DNA from: Hydrolagus affinis
Lineage: Eukaryota
NCBI GenBank assembly: GCA_012026655.1
Contig: JAAILG010000806.1
Coordinates: 1 to 64,000, forward strand
Length of the DNA: 64,000 bases
Direction of reading: 5' to 3'
Each line of letters begins with the position of its first letter. Within the stretch, counting starts at the first letter, position 1. Under the pieces are notes generated by a model that made no database searches, had not been told where the DNA came from, and saw nothing but the letters and a program-made list of their open reading frames with translations. This document shows, one piece after another, positions 11,741-25,375 of the stretch. The position numbers were made by a program, and so were the translations under genes.

Positions 11741-12262
11741 TCTAGGTAGTTGTGACTAAAGTATCCTTTTTTCAATCAGCCTGAAACACCCGATAGATCT
11801 ACAGTGGTGCTGAAAGCATTGCCCATCTATGACGGCTTCCAATACGTTACCAGTTCAGATTGTTTTATTAAGCTCCATTCCCTTCAGGTTCCTTGTGTCA
11901 CAAACTATTCTTGCAGCAGTTCAGCGCGCTCGATTGAGCTGCACACCAGTCACTTTCCACCTTGCTGTGACAACTAAGTTAAGATCCAGAACTGACTGCA
12001 AAACAGCATTCTTTCACTCACACTGTTAAACAGCACACCACATGTCACTCAATTGCATTACATAGGGATTGAGGGTCATCCCCAAGGACCAACCAGGCCC
12101 ACCCTCCTCCCCCGCCCCCTCAACAAAACATTCTTCTAGACCCTAAATTGTAAAGGAGGTCCCATCAGGTAACTCTACCCTGACCAGGAATCAAACTTGC
12201 GGCCTTTCTGTTTTTTTGGCTTCATACATTACTAGGCCATTGGAAAGACCAGACACTTAATA

Positions 12263-12340
12263 CAGTAAAACCTCAATAATCCAGCACGGTTGGGCCCACG
12301 CACTTCCCGGATTTCAGAGTTTGCTGGTATTTAGAACCTA
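12263..12340. mobile_element. Tigger-like MITE left end
   Basis: TA|CAGTAAAACCTCAATAATCCAGCAC, similar to the terminus of the 422-778 element. Confidence 0.45.
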
Positions 12341-12582
12341 CCCTAGTAATGGCTTGGGAAACCTCGCCCCATACACCACATGACCTGTAAACACAGCATT
12401 GAAGGCAAACTATGCCCGAGTTCCACCCACAGTGCCAGATAAGAGAGTGGCCACGCCAGGAACTACAAGCAGCTGTTCTGAATTTGGGGGGATTTGCCGG
12501 ACATGGGAAAAAAAATTATGCTGTTTGTATTTTGAAAGATAGATTTTTTCAAAGAAAAAGCTAAATTATTTCTGTGACATTA

Positions 12583-12650
12583 CAACAACAACAACAACAA
12601 ATTACATTTATAGAGCGCCTTTCACGTCGGGAGGACGTCCCAAGGCGCTG
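12583..12650 (-). mobile_element. Isolated L2 3' tail (one of many: also about 13985-14055, 14910-14975, 16100-16160, 25400-25465, 42110-42165, 43680-43787, 56870-56930)
   Basis: (CAA)n attacatttatagagcgcctttcacgtcgggaggacgtcccaaggcgct matches the 3' end of the long L2 copy at 38265-39005. Confidence 0.8.
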
Positions 12651-15600
12651 GGCATTAGCATTAAGCATTAGAGCTTAATGCTAGTTCAGAAGCCTTCCTG
12701 GGGAGAGCATCACCTAACTAGAAGTTAAAAGTACAGTAAAGGTTATTATTTCCACTTGAATACACCTTAGTTACAATCAAGAGTGAACAATGATGATGGA
12801 CAGCCCAGCATTCAAGCAGATAAATTATATACTAGGCAGAAATAGATGTACGCACTGGTGACAGATTAGTCAATGGATGAAGATGGATATGGAGATGAAT
12901 ATGATGCAACCGCTTCCAAGTACAAAAGTGAGAATTATTGCTGAGTTTGTGTATTTGATGGTACACATCAATGTGACAGATTAGATACAAATAGTTGGAC
13001 AGCACTAATAGTTCACATATTGGCATATACACAGTATACACCAGTATAGATCTGATTCATCATTTCAAAACCCAAATCTCAAGTAAATAATATTGCAATA
13101 CTTTTGTTCATTCTGCTTTCATTAACGCATTAAATGTCCAAACATGCTTTCATTCTGTAGATTTCTCGATTAATACTTAATCAATAGAAATTGCTTTCCG
13201 CAATGCTATATTCAAGAAAGCACATTTTTATATGGGCATCTAAAGATTACCATTGTTGGAGATTGGGATTCTTCCCATTCAACTCCCATTAATGCTGCAC
13301 GTTAACACCCTGATGCGTTGGGTGGTCCCAGCTTGGCATCTCCAACAGTATCCAATGGATTCTTTGGAGTCCTCAAGCATTAGTTCTTGCCAAATGAACC
13401 TAAATTCAACAGAGATTTGCTCAGCTTAGTGTTCTGTTCATGTTGGAGACACTTGGCTGACCAGTTTGAAAAGAAAGGATACCCCTGATTCTTCAAATAC
13501 TTCCAAAAAGGGATGATGAGTATTTTTTCATTTTGATCATACAATTTAATTTTTATTTTTCAGTAAGTTTTTAAATGTCCTATACGTCTGTATCATAATA
13601 CATCTGATACTTGCAGATATGCACACGCAAAAACATATACCAAGGTCTTTACATTGTTACGTAGCTTCAAGTTGAGGTCCAATCAGGAACAGGACATTTC
13701 TTAATCAGCCAGTCAATCAAAGTGAGGTTTGCAAATGTGTGTGAAGCTGTGGTGATGCTTAGATGGATTGACAGGGATCAGGGCCTTCAGTAGATCAGGC
13801 AAGTATGGAATAAGCTTTGGGCAAATTGAGAGGATGTGATGTTCCATTGCTGTCTATCAGTTCCTCCCAAAGGGTCTTAGGTTAGGCATGAGTAGAACGC
13901 TTGGATTCATGTGCCTCTTCAGCCACATTTACACCAGCCCTTATGAAATAAGTCACTTAAATTTTTTTTATAACTTTGAATTCTCAGCGCCATGGGACGT
14001 CCTCCTGACATGGATGGCGCTATACAAGCATAATTTTGTTGTTGGTGTTGCTGTTATCTGATTGTTCTTCTGGGTTCTCAAAACGAAATGTACTGGAACA
14101 AAGAGAATCATTGTGTTCCAGAGCTGCTATGTCATGCACACAAATGATTAAGCTTTCGAAGATCTCAATTTTGCTGATATGACAAGATACAATCCAATTT
14201 ATATAAAAATTGACTGGAGGACATCTTCAAGTGCTTTATACAGCTGGCTGGGCACCTGAGCTGCCAGGGAGTGGGGTGGGTCTTTGGGAGTTGAAAAGGG
14301 TGCGGGAGAAGGAAGATGACTGAGAGCCTGCAGCAAGATGCGGGCTTTGAAAGTGGGTAGGGCGAGGATTGATTCAGATGGCAGTATGGCAGAAACCCTA
14401 AATACATAAAGAATCAACAGAAATCTTAGCACTCGGCTTTTACTAGTTCAAGTGTCTAAATTATACATGAAATGTATTTATGCACGCAGTCAAGGGAAGA
14501 TCAAAAATACATCCAGAGCTACAGTACCTTCTTTCAGCTTGTGTTTGTTATTCTCCTTCGTTTGCTGCACACAGTAAACCTCTCTTGTTTGTATGCCACC
14601 TCCACAAAAGGCTGACTGATTGCTCCGCTGTAAATTCTGCTGACTGAGCAAAGGAGTCACCTGACACTCATTCCACTCAGCAGTTTTCCAAACAAACCTA
14701 GGGAAATCAAAGTAAAATTATTTTTTTAAAGCATCTCTTTGCGCAACACACGTTTGTTTTAGTAAATTAAGTCAGTACAAAAAAAGCGTTCAAGGTATGA
14801 ATGATACTGTTCACAGTTCCATTTGCACTGAACGATTAGAAAGTCATCTGTACTATTGAAATCCTAGCATCTTTATGGTTTTATAAATATATGTATTTCG
14901 CCCACAGAGTAACAACAACAACAACAACTTGCATTTATAGAGTGCCTTTCACGTCGGGAGGATGTCCCAAGGCGTAATTCACTTTAGTTTATTCTGTGAA
15001 ACTCTTTGAGACATCTTGAAGGCGTGATGAGACACCATATTAAATACAAGGGTTATTATTATTATATGCTGGGCACAAAACCCATCCTAATGCAGGCCCT
15101 CGTTTTAGAATAGACAGTAATCAGTTGTGATCTACAAATAAAAGTCGATGTGATGGCTTTTGGGAAAATATACTTAAAATAGTGATTTTGTTAGAGAGAG
15201 TCATTGTAGAGTCACGTCATATGCGGAAGGTAGATAGTAGAAGTATCAGAGGAGTGATTCCAGTTCATTGCTGGCACATACATTGTCAAGACTGATGGCA
15301 GATCCTGCTGAAAGCAGCTGTATGAGCAGACCCTGGGAGCAAGCCACTTTTCACTGCAAGAAATCTGTACACAAGTAAAATCTGTGCAGAGAGGTAAAAA
15401 AAAAGGAGGGACAAGTGGGATTTCAATAAGATTGGAACTGACCGAAAATAACAACAGGAAAAGAGAAGCACTTTGTGTACCATTAATTATGAGCCAGTCA
15501 CTAAATCACTCAGTCACTAAGCCTCTCACCTCTCAATAATTATGCAGGCTTGGCTTCTTGTCATGTGTTTACAAATTACTTTGCTCAATGTCAGGAAGCC

Positions 15601-16713
15601 AAATCCTATCAATCATTTTAAGGTTGGAGTGTTACCATCAAGCAAGTTGAAGTTGTGTCAAACAATGGATTAGAACATGATCCATTCACCTTTGGGATTT
15701 GGCTGAGCACCAGCTGATGGCCAAAGAGGTTGTTTGATCTGCTGGCTGTTAGGGACTCATAGTTTACATTTGGTGCACATTTAGAGTACAGAACTGCCCA
15801 CAATTCAATACTAATAGTCAGAGGTCAAAAGGATTGCTCATGAAAGAAATAGAATTGTCATACCAATTCAGTAGAGCTACTTTTCTTAGGCTGGGGTTAA
15901 TGCACAGTGTTTCTATCAAACCCACGTTGTACTGTTTACAAGTGTAATTTTGTTGTTGTTGTAGCTGATATCTGACTGTTTAATGGTGGCATTATATGAA
16001 AAGCTTCAAATATTTCATTATCTCTTATCTATAGATTTGGAAATACTCGCATCGGAAAAACAGAACGGCAATAATTGATTTGACTTTGAGTTTTAATCAG
16101 TGCCTTAGGATGTCCTCCTGACGTGAAAGGCGCTATACAAGTATAATTTTATTGTTGTTAATAATAATAATTTTTGCTATTGATATAACACCTTAACGAT
16201 TGAGATGTCTTAAAGTACTTCACAGAATATACTGTAAAGTAAATTAACTATACATTTAGTGGGTTCCACAAACAGACATGGTTTGAGTGAAAAAATTATT
16301 AATATTTTAGTTATTTTTGATGAGTGAATAAGGAGTAAAAAAAAAGGGTCAAATGAAAAGCAATGTATACTTTTTGGGCATGCTTGTATAGGAGGTGGGA
16401 TGAATATCTTGTTCCTAAAACTTTAATTTCATTAATTTGTGATTTCATAATGAAACTCCCTCCCTCCATTAATAGAATAATGAAAAAGCATTAAACTGTG
16501 AAGAACTTTATCTGGCTGCCATTCCCTGAGGCTATCCATCAGGAGGTGCCAGAAACCCAGTTATGACTCTCCCATCTAATGTTTCTTTCCTCCTATCAGG
16601 AGATGACTCATTGTTATTCTGATTGAGAATTGAGAAGAGTAGAACTCAAACTTGGTTTTGATTCCAATTCTGGCACTGACTCACAGTGCTTCCCCTCTAT
16701 CCTTGTACTAACT

Positions 16714-16842
16714 AGAGTCCTGTAGCTCAGTGTTTAGAGCACTTGCCTTGCAAGCGAGAGACCCAGAATCAAATCCAGACAGGGCATAACCTTGGGCAAG
16801 TCAAGAGGGCGCTATATAAATTGAAGTTGTTGTTGTTGTTGT
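16714..16842 (+). mobile_element. SINE tRNA-like head joined to an L2 tail
   Basis: TAGCTCAGTG A-box and degenerate B-box, aaccttgggcaagt, then gagggcgctatataaattgaag(ttg)n. Confidence 0.65.
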
Positions 16843-17555
16843 AATATTCATTACCTACAAATGGAGACAACTCTACACACAGCTCAAATTCAACTAATCT
16901 AAAAGGAATTCCAACTCCTTGAGCTTCAGACTGCAATATATAGTAACAACAACAACATATACTAATGCTCAATAGTCCCGTGATGACAATTACTTCCTTT
17001 TCCATTATCTATGCCTTTCCTTATTTTGAAATCTAAGATTCAATTAGCTGTTCTCTAATTTCAGCTGACTCTAATCGTTTAGAATTTTCATTCCCAAACC
17101 CATGATTCACAGAAAGAGAAGTTCAAGGTCCTGCTTTTTTAATCCTACTTGCTGCTGGGCTGTTGCTTTCTGTTTTGTGCAGCAGTATGTTTAAATTAAC
17201 AAATAATTACTGGAATTACACACTTTGAGTCAACGTGAATCTGTGCATTTACCTATGTAACAGTGAACATAGGGATAAATATCGCAATGCAGACAATCTG
17301 ACTGGAACTTGCAGAACCCCTAGAAACCCAGAGTCAGCAAAATATAAAATAGTGCACACAGCCAATTTTACAGTTGACCCAGGTACAATTTCAATTTGTC
17401 AACAAGATTTGTCTTCCAGGTTTCAATTTTATAACTTAGAATTGCTTCAATGGATTGACCTACAGATAACTTTTTCTGAAATGGTGCCAGTGACAAGAGG
17501 TAATCTGCATTGCTAATGCAGCATCATGGCAGAACGACTGAGTGTTGGACAGTTC

Positions 17556-17900
17556 ATAAATCATAGAAATTAAAATGCGAAAGGCGATCATTTGACCCAA
17601 TGAGACAAGGCTGGTACCAATTCCTCCATTGAAGCCTGACCTCTAATTCCAATTCTCTGCTTTCTCCCAGCCTTTCATATCATTCTGTTTGTCTAATTTT
17701 CTTTTAAATATTGGTATGAGTGCCTTCAAAAGCTACTGTAGCAAAGCTTTCCATGTGAAAAACTTTCTCGAACTTCTCCCTTAACTCTTTCAGTGATAAT
17801 CTTGATTTATACAACCTAGATTAGCTTTACAATGAAAATAATCCTTCACAATTTACCCTATGAAAACCTTTCAGAATTATCAATACCTTCAGTTAGCATT
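17556..17900 (-). mobile_element. Old CR1 LINE 3' fragment
   Basis: cataaatcatagaaat tail, catttgaccca, tctaattttcttttaaat, tgtgaaaaactttctc: degenerate version of the CR1 end at 30392. Confidence 0.5.
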
Positions 17901-17965
17901 TCTCAAATATGCTCCTGACTGACTCCACCCTACAAAAACCCAACTTAATTCTTAACTCACACTAA

Positions 17966-18140
17966 AAACATAGAAACAGGAGTATGCCATTCAACCCTTC
18001 CAGCCTGTTCCGCCATTCTATGAGATTATGGCTGATCTGTACCTTAAATTCAATTATACACCCTCATCGCTTAATACCCTGACCTAACAAAGATCTATCC
18101 ACCTTCAGTCTTGAAGATGTGAATGAAATGTCCAGTGCCT
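17966..18140 (-). mobile_element. CR1 LINE 3' end
   Basis: aacatagaaacaggagtatgccattcaacccttccagcctgttccgccattctatgagattatggctgatctg is homologous to 30392-30560. Confidence 0.7.
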
Positions 18141-21100
18141 TGAAACATCCTCCCAAGTGAAAGAAGCTATACAAATGTAATTTTGTATTTTGTATCCAGT
18201 AGCTCCATCACTCTCATCCTCGCCAAGCTTCACTGAACCTCTTGCCTCTCCGTTCATCCCATTTCTCAGCTGCTCTAACACCATGGTCCTTGCATACATT
18301 CTTCACTTTCCCTCTCTAGCACTGCTACTTCTCTTGGTGTTGAAATAGCTCCTAAAATAAGCCTCCCTCACTTCATCACCATGTTGCGAGGGCAGGGGTA
18401 AGTCTCATGTGAAAAAAAAGCACAAAATCTTCTACATTTAGAAAATGTTTCAATCTTATTAATTTTAAAAAAACATTACCTTGATGTGTTTGTTTTTATT
18501 TGCCCCTTTGAAATGTATGCATAATATGACCATTTGTTTTACGCTTGTTCCAAGTGAGGCTTATGTTATCAGTGATTTAACTTAACACAACTTAACTTTT
18601 TTTTAGAAAAACAGCTCATGAAATTGTGTACACATAGAAGACGTGATCAAAAACAAAAATCTGTAAAAGGGAAGCATCATTTAAGTAAAAGTGTTAACAC
18701 TGTAAGTCATAGCTGAATAAAAATTCCACCCCTCCACCCAAAAAAAATGTCTATGACATGCCTCCTTGCAAGACCATTCTAATGATGTATAAATCATGTC
18801 TCTAAGTCAATTGGTGAGACAAACACACACAGAGACATTTTGTCTGCATTAGTATAGATATATCTCTGTGATCGCTGTTGCTACTGTGTTGCAGAATACC
18901 ATACAGATTTTGGGGGTGCTTAATTAAATTACTTTTTAATTTTTTAGTATAGCACATCAATGATTGGAGATTCCCTCTGCTTTTAGAATTAAAATATGTT
19001 TATATATATATATCCTTTCCTGGCAAATAGAATAAAACTGCAAAACATAGTTCAAATTATTCCAAAGTACAGTACTTCCACAATATATCATTCAAATGTT
19101 CCAGAAATAAGTGCATGTTTCAAAGCAAGAAGCCAGCCAATCATTCAGGAATGATAACAGACTGACACATAATTGAGCGCATTCTTAAAAGCAGTGAGTT
19201 CTCTGTGATTTTAAAAGGAAGCCATGGACTATTGACCTTGAAGATCTTTGAGTTATACATTTATAACCCGAGTTCAAAACCCACTCTCGACCAGTCACAT
19301 GCTGATTTCACCTCATATGGGCAATTTTGTCAGACTCTGCCTGGTCAAGATGTAAATCATCTCAGATCATTGCATCCTGGGCCTGCTGAGGATCAATCAC
19401 AGGAGCCAACTCATCGATAAGTTCTATGAAGACGTTCCTGATTTAGACATTCCCACCCAGAATGCCGTATTTGAAATGATAAAATGTGAGAAAAACCATT
19501 GGGAAAGAAGAAACATAAAAACTTATGTAAGGACTGCGAATACATCGACTAAACTGCCTTTGTGTTGCCTTTCAGACCAGAGTATACTATTGATTGATAG
19601 GGTTAAAATCTACTTGATAACATTGACCTGAAGTATTTTATATTGAATAGCTTTAGGGCACTCTGAACCTCATCCTTGGTGGACAGAGCTTGTAATATAA
19701 TAAACAAGCATGAGGAGACATTTGTAAACTCATTTTAGATGCTCATTGAGAACATTGATACTGGACTAATACACATTAGCAACATCTCTCTCACACATAT
19801 ATATTGACTTGTAACTTGTAACTTACCACAATTTACTATGTGATAAACCTGTAGTAATTACAGCACAATCACTAAACCTTCAGCATTGGTGTCATTGCAC
19901 ATCAGCTGAAAGGAACATCTCTACAGTTAATGTGGACTATGACTTCAGCCACCAGTAAACAAAGAGAAGGAAAACAAAAATATCTATCTTAGCAAGAGCT
20001 CCACCAAATCAAATATATTGGTTATAAAGAATATTTTCAGGCAGCAATTTCATTCCTAGATAATGATTATACGCTGTTGAGTTACCTTATTAAACATCTG
20101 AACCCTTTGATGTGGAAAGTGCCTCTAAATCACTTCCTGAATTAATAATTTTTTTCAATATGTTCATATTTGTTTGTGGAAAATACCTGTGCAAATACCA
20201 CTAATACTTTCACAGTATATTATCATATACTTGTATGGTATCGGAAAGTGACAGCCTCATTAATTACCTAGTTGCAATTGTAATATTACAGAAACACAGT
20301 TGCCCAAGAAAAAGCCTCCAATGTGCAAGATTAGAATTTTCCATTTTTCTCTAAAGCTACTAAATTGAGGTAAGCTCTGTACACTTATACTTTTTGTTCT
20401 CATTGTGCGAAGGAACGTTTGTTTGTGGGAAGTGCTCTTTGTGCTCCTTTTCGAATCAACAATTTAAAATATACACTTGCTAACACTTCAGAAATCTGAA
20501 CATAAGCAGGCTGCCCGAAGGGTTAACTTATTTTGCCATAAATGTAGCTGCAGATTTCATGACGCATACACTGGGGGTGGGAGGGGACAGGAGAAAAAGT
20601 CCCAGACACACACAAATAGCTGTCTCCCTGAGCGATTATAGACTACATCACATGCTCAGCCTGTTTTTATGGGAATTCATTTCATTGGAGGTTTGCTAGG
20701 TATCGATCTATCTGTTGTTTGATGGAACTCTTGGACTGCTAACTTTTGCATTGGCATCTTGGCACTGATCATTCCCTGGAGGTATAAACTAGGCTTGGAT
20801 TCAGCAACTTTCTTTTCCAAATGGTATTCGCTTTTCAGCTGATCATTACCAAAGAACTGAATTAATCCTATAGTATGATTGTTTACATGGAATGGTACGT
20901 GGAATTTCAGTTAGCTCATAAAAACAAGATCATGTTTATCACGCATATAGCATTGTGAAGCCTCAATATCTAAACTGCTATATTAAAAAAAATCAGAATC
21001 CTTATTAAGCAATCACGTTTCAAATTGTTTTAACTACAAATGAAAGAATCAATTGAGTAATCTAATACGGATAAGCAACCAGAGACTATTACTGCGTTAG

Positions 21101-21175
21101 AAGGTTCCAAGTTCCAAGGACATTATAACTTCAACCTATTTAACATTGTGTATTATAGTTACAAATAAAACATAC

Positions 21176-21424
21176 CTGGGACATGGTGATAATCCTTCGC
21201 CTCCAATATTACAAGTTTCTTTTTCCTCGAGATGAGGACATTCTTTGCCTCCCCCTATGGGTAAATGCTTCAGAAATCGAGTCCTGCTTCTGTAGCCCGG
21301 AGACAAGTCAGGTGATTGACACGTCTTTGAGCATGAACTCCATGCAGACCATTCGTAGAAAGCGCAGTCTCTGGACATAATGCATGATTGAAACGTCACG
21401 GGAGTGTTGTCCTGCACACAAAGG
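21176..21424 (-). CDS. THSD7B: THSD7B next coding exon (TSP1 repeat), 249 bp, phase 2 in / phase 2 out
   Basis: Encodes (S)LCVQDNTPVTFQSCIMSRDCAFYEWSAWSSCSKTCQSPDLSPGYRSRTRFLKHLPIGGGKECPHLEEKETCNIGGEGLSPCP(R); WSxWSxCSxTC TSR motif. Acceptor ccttctttag|C, donor CCCAG|gtatgt. Splicing to the previous exon gives AG+C = Ser and restores NAMLSLC. Confidence 0.95.
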
Positions 21425-23908
21425 CTAAAGAAGGCAATAAGCAATGAAATAGGCATCGATTCATCAATATGCAAAGTAAATCACAATTAGATTTAAATAC
21501 AACGCTAGTGACTGAGGTCAAGCCCACAATCTAAAGTTGTGGAAAAGACCTCACTATACCATGTTCTTATACAGTACCAAACTGCTCGGATTTTGGTGTC
21601 TGACTTAATGCTTGAAATGTTTATGATATAAATTCTGAAATATTTGGAAATATCTAAAGAAGCTTTTCTATACCTCCATGGTTTCATTATTATAGGATTG
21701 TGGCATCAATAATGTGGGGTTCAGATGATTTTCTTTGAATATCATGTCAGAGATAAGCTTATTTACTGGTATGTAAATAAATTAGTAGTCCATTAGCACT
21801 AATGTGGGATATTAATGTGCCATGTTGAGGAGAGAACAGAAGGTGATGATTTAACCATCTACAATACTGAAGTCTATCATTCTTTTGGTGACTCATGGAC
21901 ATCAGTTTAGCGGCGTAAGGAATTATATATTTCGTGTTTTTAAAGCTTTTGAACCGTATTGTCCATTTAACTACCAGCAGATTGTGTGGCCATACATTCC
22001 TTTCTGCGCTGTACTCCAGGTTCAAAATGCATGAACCATCAAAAGAGCCAATTGACTCGAGTTCATATTTATCTATTCGTGCATTGAATAAAGAAGTGTC
22101 TTAGTATTGTATAGCATAAGTTTTCTTTTGGTTTCCGCAACAAAGGTGTTGCCAACAGCAAATAAAGAATCAGACTCTGCAGCCTAGTTGGACAAAAGTG
22201 TAATTTGCTTCAGCACTGGAAGGAGCCTTCCATACCTTTCAGCATTTGGCTCAAAATGACCTATTGCTGTTGCTGCTCCATCATATTGGTAACAAAAAGC
22301 TTAACATAGTGCTCAAAGCATTTAATGTCCTATGGGCTCATTAGGAAAACAGCCAACATAAATTGAAGTCTGATAAAGCACCTCAGGACATTAAGTGCAT
22401 TTACTCTATTGTCTTACATCATTTCCACCTGAAATTGCTTTGGAACCAATGTCTCGTAACTGGTGCAATGAACATTCCTGCAAAAGAGGCACTTCCTCTG
22501 TTGTCGTCATACTTTACAGATAATTTGCTAAATACTCAATAGCCAGCAAAGGAAAGCGAGAAATTCACAGGATCGACGGTTGACCAGAGTTTGGAGAATG
22601 TTTGCAGGAACATTAACAAATGGAAGCAAATAAGATAAATGATATTTAAAATATTCATTTGGGTTTCTAGTTGACAAAAAAAAGTAATCTAATTTGCATA
22701 TGCTTGCTGAAAATCAGGCTTCATTAAAAAGAGTTTGAGATTAAAGTGAGCTCATGTAAGCAGTTTTGCAGAATTAGTTAGATTTTGATATCCTCAGAAT
22801 CAATGTTTTGAACTTTTTGTGCTTAGGTATTTTATACAGGTCAACATCTGTCCATTTAATTGAATTGAAATGGTAAACAGTATATGTGGATTTTATTTCA
22901 TAGGCTCCTAACATCTCTTCTGCCTGCAGAAGCTATATTTCAGATCTTCCAATAACACCTGTCATTTCTGCACATTAGAAAAGTGAGAGTTTAGGCAAAG
23001 AGGGTGAATTTTACAGATTGAATTTTCAAACCTGATACCATGTTAATATCCAGTATCATAGCTGTGTGGCATGTGTGGAGAACTCAAACTTGATCTCTGA
23101 CATGTTTTCAGCTAATACTTGTACAGGAAAGTGAAGAAGCTGTGTTGAACTGTTGAGTTTGCCAATTAGTTTGGTTAAATTAGCAGTGGATTTGATATTC
23201 ATCACATCGAATGCTAAATCTCGCCATCCACCCCTGAGCAACATTCTCAATGGTGATGTAGTGAAATGGGACTGGCCAACCTCACAGTTTGTGGCTTTCA
23301 CATGTAGTGCATTCATTTTGATTCCACATGCCTAATAATAATGCATCCCCCCAAAAAACCACAATAATAAAGAATTGGTCATTTTCAATCCACAACTGTT
23401 TGTGAGACACTGCTGTGTGCAATCGACTGCCACGTTTCACCCACAAATATACAGTCAATTTACTATACAGTATATTCGGTGAAGTGCTTTGAGACATCGA
23501 TAAGATGCAAAAAGTGCTATTTCAAATGGAAGGATTACTATTATTATTATTTTGACCGGGCTTTTCCAGATTCTTTTGATTCCCCAAAATGGCAACAGTC
23601 ATCCTTTTCATTTAATTATTGAAATCATGAAACTACACCCAAGTTAAAACTATTTTGCTTAGATCCTCAGATTATAATAAACAAAATGATCCGTTTTGTA
23701 TGCCATGTCATATGTTATGGGTTCTGTCTACAACACCATTTTAATTCCCCAGGACAAGGTTGTGAATGATAATAATAATAATCCTTGCATTTGATATAGC
23801 GCTTTTCACGTTTTCTAGATATCTCAAAGTGCTTCACAGAATATCCTGTTAAGTGAATTGACTGTGTATATGTATCAGCAGGTTTGAAAACTCAAACGAT
23901 TGCCTTAC
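21425..23908 (-). other. THSD7B GT-AG intron (2484 bp) between the two exons
   Basis: Bounded by donor gtaagg and polypyrimidine-AG acceptor; reading frame is preserved across it. Confidence 0.9.
23325..23551 (+). mobile_element. Deu-core SINE, 5' truncated
   Basis: ccacatgcctaataataat...ttggtcattttcaatccacaactgtttgtgagacactgctgtgtgcaat...aaggattactattatt matches 40890-41088. Confidence 0.8.
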
Positions 23909-24710
23909 CTCAGCATAGCATTCTTCCCATCGCTTCTTGTACATCGGACATGTCTGGTTTGATATCCTATCTGGACATCCCAAGGCTTGGAATGAGAGTG
24001 AATGAGATGCTTAACAGGATGCTTTCCCAGGGCTTGCAAACCAAAGTCCAGGATGGTTCTTCCACTCTGTCTGGCCTGTCTTTGGTGTGGCAGTCTACAG
24101 TCACTCCAGGGTCCCACCTTCAAACTATATTGGAACTCATCCTCCCCAACCATGCAGGAGACCTGTAAATCACAGTTCCTGGTTTCTGTCAGCATTGGGC
24201 ATTTCCGTCCACCATACAATGGCGGAGACAGTACAGCTCGAATGCGGTGCTGTAATCCTTTCCCACATCCTTTACTGCAGGCTGACCAGGTTGAGAACTC
24301 TGATACCACACAGTCCTGGGGGCAGGGAATGAGGCAGGCCTGGTCCGAGGGAGGCTTAGGTGAAAAGAATTCACAAATCTCATCTACCACCAGTGATCTG
24401 TTGGATTTCCGTAGGCAGTTTACCTTCCTGTGCTGCAGTCCCTGCTGTGCTGTGATGCAAATTGAGGTCCTTGGTTTAAGTTTGTTTGAAATGGTGCGAA
24501 GAACACAGTCTCCCCATTTGGAAAGATCCCATTCAAAAAGTTCCTGGTGCCAATCACACACCTTGAAGCACTCCCTCTGAATTTCTGGCCTCTCTTCATA
24601 TTTACAATGTGAATGATGCGTTGTCCAGCCTTCGATGTGAACACACCACGCTGTTCTACTCTGCACTCCACTTGGACCACAGTCTTCACCAATGCAACGA
24701 CCCCACTGGC
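23909..24710 (-). CDS. THSD7B: THSD7B large N-terminal coding exon (first thrombospondin type-1 repeats), 802 bp, phase 1 in / phase 2 out
   Basis: ORF 23905..24732(-) encodes GQWGRCIGEDCGPSGVQSRTAWC...CFKVCDWH...AQQGLQHRKVNC...QACLIPCPQDCVVSEFSTWSACSKGCGKGLQHR...YSLKVGPWSDCRLPH...SGRTILDF...IGYQTRHVRCTRSDGKNAML, matching recalled vertebrate THSD7B (CVTAQHGLQHR, SKGCGKKLQHR, SLKVGPWSKCRLPH, SGRTVLDF, CTRSDGQNAMLSLC). Acceptor tttgcag|GC (AG at 24712-24711), donor CTGAG|gtaagg (GT at 23908-23907). Confidence 0.95.
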
Positions 24711-25029
24711 CTGCAAACACAGAAATTAACATCTTGGTGAGTTATTACAGCAACATTAATAATAGGGCAAATCAAGCATTAGTTTGGCTCAGTTGGTGGC
24801 ACTCACACCTATGGGTGAAAAGGTTGTGGGTTCAAGCCCGACACCAGAACACAGTTCTTAATCACTACAAAACCAGTGATACAGATGCACATTATAGCTC
24901 CCATGGAATATTTGGAAGAGGAAATGGCATTGCCAGTATTCCAGTTCCTTACCAGCCTGGGTTCAACTAATATCCACACAACATTTAATTATCACCAACA
25001 CAATTATCTGTGTTGATCCTCTTAAGCAG

Positions 25030-25375
25030 GATCACTGGCTCCCTGTCCCAGAGAGGATCAATTTCAAGATCCTCACCCTTCCTTTTCAAATCCCTCCATT
25101 CCTCTGCTACCTCTCCAACCTCCTCTCTCCTCAAACCAGCACCCATTGCCTTCGCTTCACCGGGTCTGGCCTCCTCCGTGTCCCCCGAATCCTCCGCTCC
25201 ACCCTCAGCAGCCGTGCCTTTAGCCACAAGGCCCCAAGGCTCTGGAACTCCCTTCCTCACTCCCTTCACCTTGCCCTCTCTTCCCATTTCAGGTCTCAGC
25301 TCAAGACCTTTCTCTTCGACTGCGCCTTTGATCACCTTTCTACCCCTGCCCCTGGCTCGGCCCCGGGATCCGTTG
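25030..25375 (+). mobile_element. L2 LINE 3' fragment
   Basis: cactggctccctgtcccagagaggatcaatttcaagatcctc (HWLPVPERINFKIL) and ctctggaactcccttcct (LWNSLP). Confidence 0.85.

Noticed and set aside
13330-13500. NGFFGVLKH-like peptide suggesting a transposase remnant
   Set aside because: Too short and interrupted by stops to assign.
24002-24580. 192-aa + strand ORF
   Set aside because: Lies wholly antisense to the THSD7B exon with no recognisable domain; a shadow ORF.
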